Shown here in pieces: positions 9,370-17,800 of a stretch of DNA of 64,000 nt. Location: the NCBI GenBank assembly GCA_035444565.1, contig DAOMOX010000001.1:194335-258334 (forward strand), in the 5' to 3' direction. Numbering within the stretch: the first letter of the stretch is position 1; each line of letters starts with the position of its first letter. The DNA is from Candidatus Dojkabacteria bacterium. Lineage in GTDB: Bacteria > Patescibacteriota > Dojkabacteria > B142 > OLB20. A program made the translations under genes and the position numbers. The notes under the pieces were generated by a model. The model saw nothing but the letters and a program-made list of their open reading frames with translations. It made no database searches and had not been told where the DNA came from.

Positions 9370-9648
9370 ATGAATGGGGAGCATGATAAAACAATAGGTG
9401 AATTAATAACTGGGCAAAGAGCGAGAATTTACAAAGACACATATATTACCTTAGTAGGTCATTTTGTTGGTGACAGAGAAGAGGTACCTCCAAAAGGATT
9501 TACTACCAGGCATGCATTCAAAGGAAGGATTTTGGATTCTAAACGTATTAGTAACATGATAGAAGGACAAATTCCAGTTGGTTTAAAAGTGGACACTAAT
9601 ACCAACGTTTACTGCGTAGATCCATCTACAAAGGTAGGGACGTTATAA
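9370..9648 (+). CDS. Hypothetical small beta-rich protein
   Basis: 92-aa ORF with TATAAT ~20 bp upstream; no family recognised. Confidence 0.55.
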   Translation: MNGEHDKTIGELITGQRARIYKDTYITLVGHFVGDREEVPPKGFTTRHAFKGRILDSKRISNMIEGQIPVGLKVDTNTNVYCVDPSTKVGTL

Positions 9649-9651
9649 AAA

Positions 9652-10314
9652 TTAGAATCGAAATGCTTCAGTAACTAGGAAAGCGTTTTCAGCAAAGTCC
9701 ATTTCTATCATTACTATATTATCGTAGTAATTAGTGGTAAATGCCCTGGGTAATTCCTGGATTCTATAAAACAGTTCTCGCCCTACCCCACGTTTATAGG
9801 CAGCAAAGTTACTTTCAGTTATAACGAATAATGAATTCACGCAATCTTCTCCTATAATACCCTTTAATGGAGATACTGTCTCGGATGATATCGATTCGGG
9901 AAGTACATAATGCGTACTTACTGCAGGAACAACCAATCCCAACATTTGAATCCTATTGATTTCTGAATCTCCTTGACTAGTTGAAAATAGAAAACCCTTC
10001 CCAAAAAGTGTTCTGATTATTTTCGAAAAACCCTCTGTTTTCGTCATATCTGGTAAAAATGCTGTTGGATCTTCATAAGTTGTATATCCTAGACCTTTCA
10101 AAATAGAAACACCTGTAGACATGGTAGAATTAATTAGACCCTCTTCTGGGTGGTGGATTTCAATTCCTCAACGACTTTTCAAACTATATAGAGTTTTAAA
10201 TCTAGAACTTAATTGCTTCTCATCTATCGGAAGATTAACAATATCTTCCACCAATTCGGAAAAAGCTCCAACGAGATACGGATGATCTTTTGAATCTAAT
10301 ATTCCTTCTAGCAT
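9652..10314 (-). pseudogene. Hypothetical gene interrupted by one in-frame TGA (10170-10168); the track ORF 9652..10122 is its 3' part
   Basis: ATG 10314 reads MLEGILDSKDHPYLVGAFSELVEDIVNLPIDEKQLSSRFKTLYSLKSR*GIEIHHPEEGLINST and continues in frame into MSTGVS at 10122. An extended -10 lies just upstream of 10314. Confidence 0.6.
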
Positions 10315-10334
10315 TAATGTAACTTAAAGAACGA

Positions 10335-10343
10335 ATTATACCA
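10335..10343 (-). promoter_or_regulatory. Extended -10 promoter (TGGTATAAT)
   Basis: Reverse complement of attatacca, 20 bp upstream of ATG 10314. Confidence 0.6.
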
Positions 10344-10407
10344 CACAGACAAGTGTTCTCGAGCATAGGACGTTATGTGTTAAAATTAAATATACCCCAA
10401 TTTAACA

Positions 10408-11649
10408 ATGAAAAAATATTTAATATTTTTCCTTCTATTAATCTTAATGCTCATAATCATTGGGGTCGTATTTCTCAAAAATAACACCTCTTTCCTGAAT
10501 TTCAATATTTCCGAAGATGAAATTTCACAAAATAATCTCAATCCTACATCACCTGAAGCTGAAGAACGTGATTTGGTTAATTTAATCTCTAAACAATTAA
10601 TAGTACCCGAGTTATATCAAAGTGGTGCATTTAGCGAACCAAGGACACTAAATCTACCAGAGGGTTATGAAATAAGTGTCTACGCAGGTGGCATGAGAGC
10701 ACCTAGGTTTTTTGACTTTGATGATGATGGAAACATTTATGTCGCTGATAAAGGTTCCGGTGAAGTTTTGTTGCTAAAAGACGAAGATGGTGACAATGTA
10801 GCCGAAACCAAGATTACAGTTTTATCAGACTTAAGATCAGTTCATAGTGTTGATTATTACAATGGCAACCTTTATGTAGCAGAAGAACATCAAATCACTC
10901 GATTGAAAGGCATAAAATCTGATGGGACTTTCGATGAGTTCGTCATTTTGGTTAATGACCTTCCTGCCGACGGTGGCCACACAACAAGGACAGTAGTGAT
11001 AGGACCTGACGAGAAAATCTACGTATCTGTCGGATCTAGCTGTAACCTTTGCGAGGAAGAAGACGAACGGAGAGCTGCAATAGTGAGATACAATCTTGAT
11101 GGATCTGGTGAGGAGTTATACGCAGAAGGACTTCGTAACTCAGTAGGGATTGAATTTAATAATTTTGATTTGTGGTCGGTAGACAATGGTAGGGATAGAA
11201 TTGGTGACAATCTCCCACCTGAGGAGGTCAATATTGTCGAGCAAGGGAAACACTATGGATGGCCTTTCTGTTATGGGATGGGAATACCGAACCCAGAATA
11301 TCCAGACAGAACTGACTATTGTAGAAATGAGACTGCATTCCCAACATACGAAATGCAAGCACACTCTGCTCCACTAGGATTAACTTTCGCTCCAGACACC
11401 AGAGACCTAGCAGACAACCTGATAGTTGCATTCCACGGTTCATGGAATAGAACTATTCCTACAGGTTATAAGGTTGTAAGGATTGATACAACAAGTGAGA
11501 GTTCAGAAACTGTAAACTTCATCACTGGATGGCTGGATGAGAATGGCGACATTTGGGGAAGACCCGTGGGAGTGAAGTTCAACGAACAAGGAGAGTTGTT
11601 TATCACGGATGACGAAGCTGGAGCAATTTATATAATGAAGAAATTATAA
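10408..11649 (+). CDS. Membrane-anchored PQQ-dependent sugar/sorbosone dehydrogenase-family beta-propeller
   Basis: N-terminal TM; GGHTTR, VSVGSSCN, GLRNSVG, YGWP, AHSAPLG, HGSWNR, GRPVGV. Confidence 0.9.
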   Translation: MKKYLIFFLLLILMLIIIGVVFLKNNTSFLNFNISEDEISQNNLNPTSPEAEERDLVNLISKQLIVPELYQSGAFSEPRTLNLPEGYEISVYAGGMRAPRFFDFDDDGNIYVADKGSGEVLLLKDEDGDNVAETKITVLSDLRSVHSVDYYNGNLYVAEEHQITRLKGIKSDGTFDEFVILVNDLPADGGHTTRTVVIGPDEKIYVSVGSSCNLCEEEDERRAAIVRYNLDGSGEELYAEGLRNSVGIEFNNFDLWSVDNGRDRIGDNLPPEEVNIVEQGKHYGWPFCYGMGIPNPEYPDRTDYCRNETAFPTYEMQAHSAPLGLTFAPDTRDLADNLIVAFHGSWNRTIPTGYKVVRIDTTSESSETVNFITGWLDENGDIWGRPVGVKFNEQGELFITDDEAGAIYIMKKL

Positions 11650-11669
11650 CGTTACATTTCCCACCCTCT

Positions 11670-11760
11670 GTCACTCCGTGGCTTGACCACGGAGTCTCGT
11701 TTATTGTCTAATTTGCACGAAAGTAAAAATCGGGATCCCGTGGTTAAACCACGGGAAGAC
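11670..11760. repeat. REP/RPE-like composite palindromic element
   Basis: gtcactccgtggcttgaccacggagt...gatcccgtggttaaaccacgggaagac. Each arm is a hairpin and the two arms are imperfect inverted copies; it lies between convergent genes. Confidence 0.75.
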
Positions 11761-11853
11761 TTGAGAAAATCATACTAATAGCTGACTCTCTTTGATATGC
11801 GTGTTCCAAGGAATATCTTAAATTTTTTATTCTTTTATTTTTAATCGTTAACT

Positions 11854-12609
11854 CTATACATACTCCCCTCGCATTTCTCGCCAAACCACCGACAAAATCT
11901 GCTTCAGCATATCACCAGATTCGCGGAAGAATTTGCGATCTTTTGTACCAGATATATCTTCGTCGTTCCATTTCACTCGAACTTCTTTTATTTTTCCCCC
12001 TTTTTTCTGTATTAAATACAATAATTCGACATCAAATGCAGAAACCGACCAACCCTTTACGTTTTTCACCTTCAAAGCATTTAATTTAGGGAATGTCTCA
12101 CTCAATAAATCTGCTCTGAAAAGTTTGAACCCGCATTGCGTGTCATCAATTTGTCTCAAAAGGAAAAGCTTTCTGAAGCTGCTAAACATAAATCCAGCGA
12201 CTTTGCGGATAACTGTTGCAGAGTTGCGTTTACTGCCTCTAGAACCTATTACAGCTTGATTTTCGGCAATATATGGCATGAGTCTATCCAACTCACTCAA
12301 TGGAGTCGATTGATCCATATCAGTAAACAAAATATATTCACCAAAGGATTCTTGAATCCCACGATTTATAGCTACTGGCTTTCCTCCATGCTCTGCCTCA
12401 ACAATTTTAAGGAATTTTTTATCAGCGTAATTTTTTTTCAAATATTTCAAACTCCCGTCTGTTGAACCATCATCTACTATCAAAACTTCATAAGTAAAAT
12501 CCTGCTTTGATAGATACTTAAAAGCTTTGTGTAATAGACCTTTCTTCAGATTTGAAAGTTCGTTATATTGAGGAATTATTATTGATAAAAAGATTTTATC
12601 CTTTTTCAT
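11854..12609 (-). CDS. GT2 polyprenyl-phosphate glycosyltransferase (DPM/DPG synthase-like)
   Basis: IIIPQYNE, VDDGSTD, FTDMD, DTQCGFKLF, FDVELL. Confidence 0.92.
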   Translation of the reverse strand: MKKDKIFLSIIIPQYNELSNLKKGLLHKAFKYLSKQDFTYEVLIVDDGSTDGSLKYLKKNYADKKFLKIVEAEHGGKPVAINRGIQESFGEYILFTDMDQSTPLSELDRLMPYIAENQAVIGSRGSKRNSATVIRKVAGFMFSSFRKLFLLRQIDDTQCGFKLFRADLLSETFPKLNALKVKNVKGWSVSAFDVELLYLIQKKGGKIKEVRVKWNDEDISGTKDRKFFRESGDMLKQILSVVWREMRGEYV

Positions 12610-14068
12610 TATTTATATAGATGCTGTAATTGTGTACTTTTTCTGAGAAAGAAAAATTATCTGCACTCTCGAAGAATTTAATCAAAGTTTGATCGGATTC
12701 TTCATCGATAATCAGAACGAGAGCTTCATCACGTAACTCAACTGCTTCTTGCATTTTATCATCTGAGTATACGAGATGGTACCACACCAAATATTTATTG
12801 GTGAAATTACCATTTAATTGCGTAAAAATCCACGGATCGTCACCATAGTAATAATAATCAACGCCTTCATAATTGTTTTCAAAGTGTTCAATCAAATCTT
12901 TTCTTGTTTGGAAAGAGTCATGTTCTTTCCAAAACCAGCTATGACCATCACGCTTACCAAAGAACAAATATTGTGGAAAATCTGAGTAATATCTGATATG
13001 TCCATCAAAGCGTTCTTTATCAATTACAGGAAAGTTAAAGCCTTTGCTAAAGAGAAAAGTTACCAATACTAGAAAACCTAGTATTAATTCAAACAAGTGT
13101 AGTTTAGATGTGGGTTTAGTTTGTAGGTAAATTGCAAGAGACAGAAGTGATATTGGTAATAATTGAATCAGATAATGCATGTAAGGTCTTCCTGAGAGAG
13201 TTACCAACGTGATATCAACTACCAAAGTTAGAAATATTACAAAAACATTTCGACTTACCTGGTTTTTGTATAACTTAACTAAAGCATAATAAAATATCAG
13301 AGCAGACCCTGCGATTTTTATATAGTTCCAATAATTGGCATCTTCTTCCAATTCAATATACCTAAAGTTTGTCAGAAAAGTTGCATCGATAAAGTCATCA
13401 AAAGTCTTATTTAGAACCAAATATGCAAAGTATAGTCCGATTACGAAAAAATAAGTTGAAAGTACTTTTATGTAATATTGATAGTTAAATTTTTTCCTTT
13501 TCTTCCATAGGTCGAATATCGCAACGAGTGCAATTATCGCCACGGACTCGATAAAGGCTTGTGGTTTAATTAAAAAGGCATACGACAAAAGTATTCCAAC
13601 CAGAAAAGGTCTATGGCTAAAGAGAGACAGATACAAGATGGAAAGTGTTGCTGGAATATAAAATACCTCACTGTTAGCTAAATTTCCCTCTAACAAGGGA
13701 GTACCAAGGATGATGGCGAAAATTACCAAAATAAAGCTTTTTAACTTTGACTTTATGCCCAACCTAAGCATCAACTTGTGTAAAATCAAGATTGAGAAAA
13801 CGCCTGCAGAGATATTCATCAATTTTACGAGTACATAGCCCACATCCCAATCGAAAACACCCGCTAATGTGTATATCCAAACCATCATCGGAGGTTTGTG
13901 ATCCCATGCTCCCACATACAACTCTTTTCCCTGAAGAATTGCTTCTGCCTGTGCGGCATAAAACCCTTCATCTGGATACCAATATCCTTCGAATAGACTG
14001 GGTATTCGTAAAATTATGAATATAAATACCGCGATTAGGATAATTTTGTTATTTCTGGTGAGAATCAT
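12596..14068 (-). CDS. GT-C fold membrane glycosyltransferase (ArnT/PMT-like)
   Basis: DEGFY and WDHKPP after TM1; many TMs; HYLIQLLP. Translationally coupled to the GT2 gene. Confidence 0.85.
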   Translation of the reverse strand: MILTRNNKIILIAVFIFIILRIPSLFEGYWYPDEGFYAAQAEAILQGKELYVGAWDHKPPMMVWIYTLAGVFDWDVGYVLVKLMNISAGVFSILILHKLMLRLGIKSKLKSFILVIFAIILGTPLLEGNLANSEVFYIPATLSILYLSLFSHRPFLVGILLSYAFLIKPQAFIESVAIIALVAIFDLWKKRKKFNYQYYIKVLSTYFFVIGLYFAYLVLNKTFDDFIDATFLTNFRYIELEEDANYWNYIKIAGSALIFYYALVKLYKNQVSRNVFVIFLTLVVDITLVTLSGRPYMHYLIQLLPISLLSLAIYLQTKPTSKLHLFELILGFLVLVTFLFSKGFNFPVIDKERFDGHIRYYSDFPQYLFFGKRDGHSWFWKEHDSFQTRKDLIEHFENNYEGVDYYYYGDDPWIFTQLNGNFTNKYLVWYHLVYSDDKMQEAVELRDEALVLIIDEESDQTLIKFFESADNFSFSEKVHNYSIYINNEKG

Positions 14069-14118
14069 TTAAATATATTAGTCTATAATCGACAAGGTGT
14101 ACAAGTAGGTATCCAAAG

Positions 14119-14144
14119 AAAAAGGAGCCTTATAGGCTCCTTTT
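14119..14144 (-). terminator. Rho-independent terminator
   Basis: aaaaaggagcct-tat-aggctcctttt downstream of the 14164..14682 gene. Confidence 0.85.
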
Positions 14145-14163
14145 ATCAAAGTTATTTGAATTT

Positions 14164-14682
14164 TTATTTTCTCTTCATAAACCCTAAGTCCTTGTTTAAA
14201 ACAAACACAGAACTAAGTAAAACTGAACCCAAACCAAGTGTACTGTACATGTTTATACCTGTATCTGCTAAGACTCTTTGTTCTACAACAGGGGCTGCTG
14301 CAGACAATACTCTAGCAGTAGGTTCTACTGTAGGCTCCACAGGAGTCGATGTAGGAACAACTTCAGTAGGTGTTGGTTCTGGAAGGTCAGTGGGTGTTGG
14401 TGTTGTAGTTGGAGTAGGTGTTGGATCTTCATCACAGACTGGAGCAACATAACCATTGTTGTAACCGTTATTATAGCCATTATTATAATCGTTGTTATAA
14501 CCATTGTTGTAGCCGTTGTTATAGCCATTGTTATAACCGTTGTTATATCCATCATCACGGTGATGTGCGTAAACTACAGCACTATCGGAGAAGATTGACA
14601 CTCCGGATAAGAAACTAAATGTGGCAGTTAAAAAGAGTGTACTTAACATTAAGCTACTCTTTACTTTATTGAAGTTAATCAT
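14164..14682 (-). CDS. Secreted (NNGY)n-repeat, Pro/Thr-stalk protein with LADTG-type C-terminal anchor
   Basis: Signal peptide ending VVYA; DDGY followed by 8 x NN(G/D)Y; PT-rich linker; VLADTG + hydrophobic helix + MKRK. Confidence 0.8.
   Translation of the reverse strand: MINFNKVKSSLMLSTLFLTATFSFLSGVSIFSDSAVVYAHHRDDGYNNGYNNGYNNGYNNGYNNDYNNGYNNGYNNGYVAPVCDEDPTPTPTTTPTPTDLPEPTPTEVVPTSTPVEPTVEPTARVLSAAAPVVEQRVLADTGINMYSTLGLGSVLLSSVFVLNKDLGFMKRK
14449..14556 (-). repeat. 12-bp coding tandem repeat (NNGY units)
   Basis: About 9 units with synonymous codon variation (aac/aat, ggt/ggc, tat/tac). Confidence 0.85.
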
Positions 14683-14775
14683 TGAAAATAAATAAATGGG
14701 TTAAATTGGCCCGATTATATTACTTTCAAAGGCTTTTGTAAAGCAAAGTACAGAAAATTTAATTATTTTTAGCTA

Positions 14776-14810
14776 AAAAGAAAACCTCCGGCATAAAATA
14801 CCGGAGGTTT
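14776..14810 (-). terminator. Rho-independent terminator
   Basis: aaacctccgg...ccggaggttt stem followed by a T tract on the minus strand, just after the stop of the 1665-aa gene. Confidence 0.8.
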
Positions 14811-14828
14811 AGTTCTTATAATTGCTTA

Positions 14829-17800
14829 CTAGTAGATATTTCTGCGAAATTTATTTTTGTTCAGAATAAATATTGCTGAAATCAGTGATGTACCTAGAAT
14901 AAGTGCTGTTGACATATTTCTCCCTGTATCAGAAAGACTATTACTTGCACCAAGTACTTTTCCGAGTGCACTCGTAGCCATGCCTCTGATATTTCCTGTA
15001 GATTCTTCATCATCAGTTATATTTGCACCAGCCACTTGTGCTCGATTCAAACTAACAGAATCAATGTTATCCTCAGGTGTTGGGTCATCTTCACAGAACT
15101 CAATTACTGGTTCTGGAACCTCAACAATTGAAGGTACAAGAGTTGTAGTAAATTCGTTTACTAACTGACAAGATCTTAAGGCACGAACCTCATTAATTAT
15201 TGAAGTTGCAGTGGAATCCGCAGGTACTAATAATCGAATCTGTGCAGTCCACTCTTCATTAACATCAAGGCTTTCTTTTGTCCATGTAACACGATTGTTT
15301 GCAGGTGTATATTGTCCATTTGGAGAGGAATCATAATATTGCATTCCTGCTGGTAGATTATCCCAAATTTCCACACCATGAGCTGTTTCAGTTCCTTTGT
15401 TTGCAACTCTGATGTTATAGGTAACGAGTTGGCCTGGTGTAAATGTTTCGTTTGTGGTGGTTTTCTCCGCTAATATATCTCCAATAACATTGTTACCGAA
15501 GTTCATATCTTCAAAAACATCACCAGAGCTGTCAATTATAAATGTGTGGTAACCTGGGTCAACAGGATATGTTTGTTCCCATGAACCGTTTGTAACGGCT
15601 TGGTTTACTTCAGTTAGGAAGTATGTGCCAGGCATTAGATTATTGAAAGAATACTCGCCTTCTGTATCAGTCTCCTCTGTATCGACAACTGTTCCGTCAT
15701 ATGTGTCCATTCTTAATTCAACTGTCCATCCCTCCATTTTAGGCTCACCATAGGTCTTTATTCCATCACCATTGTCATCATCCCATTTGTATCCACTCAC
15801 CTGTCCAAGTTCGAAATTTCCAAAATTGAAGTTACTCAAAACCTGACCTGATGTTTCAATCTCAATGTAATGACATTCTGTATCATAATCATCTGAGAAC
15901 GCTACACTTATCTCATTTTGTTTTGATGGATATGTTTGCATCCAACCATCTTGCATTTCCTCACAAAGTTTATATTCTCCTGGAAGCAACCCATCAAACT
16001 CAAAAGCTCCTTTTTCATCTGTCATTTTGTAAGATAATGAATTCATTACTTTATAACCATTTTCTTCATCATCTTCTAGAATCTCTAAAGTTACTTTCCA
16101 ACCTGAGAGTAATGAGTCTTTGTCTTCATCTGCCAACCCATTAGCATTCATATCATCCCACTTATATCCTTGTACTCTTCCAAGTTCAAAGTTTCCAAAG
16201 TTATTACCATGTAATTCTGTACCAACTTGAATAACTAATGGTCCCTGAACTTCATCTCCAGCGGTCTGGGTCCAGCCATCTTTTTGATTCTCATTTAACC
16301 AATAAATACCTGGTAGTAAATTATCAAATTTGTAATAACCGTTTTCATCAGTAGTTTTTGTTTGTATTTTTGAAATTGGGTCTTCTTCGTCACCAGTCCA
16401 TAGATTAATCTCCCAACCTTCTAGTCTGGCGTCTTGTCTGGTCAAAGTTCCATCTCCATTTGTATCTTCAAGTTTATAACCATCAATCAAACCCATTCTT
16501 GTATTTCCAAACTCACAAGTTTCTATACTGCCATTTTCTACTGTCAAATGACAATAACTTGGGCTAGGAGCTGTCTGAATCCATCCAGGTTGATTAATTT
16601 CTACTACTTGGTATTCTCCATTTTCTATCTCTTGTGAATATTCACCATCTTCGTCAGTCTCAACTCTATAATTGGATACATCATATACTCGGACTTCTAA
16701 AGTCCCAGCATTGTCGTTGTACCATGAAGGTGGGTTTGGATCATTATCTTCATCAAATATTCTTAGGTTCGCAACTGCATCATTTCCTTTTATAACAGTC
16801 TTGTATAAATGTGCAGAGTTTGATGAACCCCATTCAATGTTTTGATTATCAATCACAACATCAAGTGTCCTCACATCTCTGCCAGGGTTATCTGCAAAGT
16901 CTGCAGAATTTGACCAGTTGTCAGTTGAATAATATTCTGCATCAGCGAGTTTCGTAACCCCTGAGTAACTGTATGTTCCCTCTACCTCTACCAGGTAATA
17001 CTTCGAGCTTGATAAAACCCCAGTATTTACACCAGTTGGACTATTTGCAGGTAAATCAAGATCATAAATTGGTTCTAGGGTTTCAGGTTTGAGGACAATT
17101 TGCCAATTTGGAATTCCCATTTCTTCATCATCTCTCTCTCCGTTTGCATTTGCATCTTCGAATTTCATACCTTCAATTGCTCCCATTTTTACTGCGTTAA
17201 ATGCAACACAGTAATATGTGTTGTCTTCTTGATACCCACTCAACCATTCCCAGTTGTCGTAATTAGTGGTATCACCAGTACAGTAGAATTCTGCGCTGAC
17301 ATTACCATCGTTTGAGAAAGGAACATAACTTTCATCTGGGAATACTTCTCTAAGCTCTACTCTTCCTCCGACACTTTCTAATTCTGGTAACTCAACTTCA
17401 ACACCTGAACTAAATGTTGTCCATGGATCTCCCATCTCAGTTGTATTTTCCTGAAAGTCTCCAAAACTTCCACTTCCTGCTGGTCCCCATTGGAAATCCC
17501 AGTCTTCTTCAATCTTACACTGACCTCCACTTTGAGCAACCCACTCAGCAGCTGTGTCTGCGTCTATAGGACCTTGTTGATTATTTGGTAAGTATTGTTC
17601 CTCACTACATACAACTTTGGTTGCAAGTAGTTTTGCTGGCTCGCTAACTGGTCTATTTACTAATGTAAATGTTTCAGTTTCATTTTCAACTACTACCTCA
17701 GAAGCTTGACCACTGACATTTTCCCAATCTTTCATTAAGATTTCATTTGTCATGTAGTCTCCATAAGGAACATCTTCAAAAGTTACACAACCATTTTGTT

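Noticed and set aside
14449-14556. Short tandem repeats as a possible CRISPR array or non-coding VNTR
   Set aside because: The 12-bp units have no spacers, stay in frame and vary at synonymous positions, so this is a coding repeat. No cas genes were seen.
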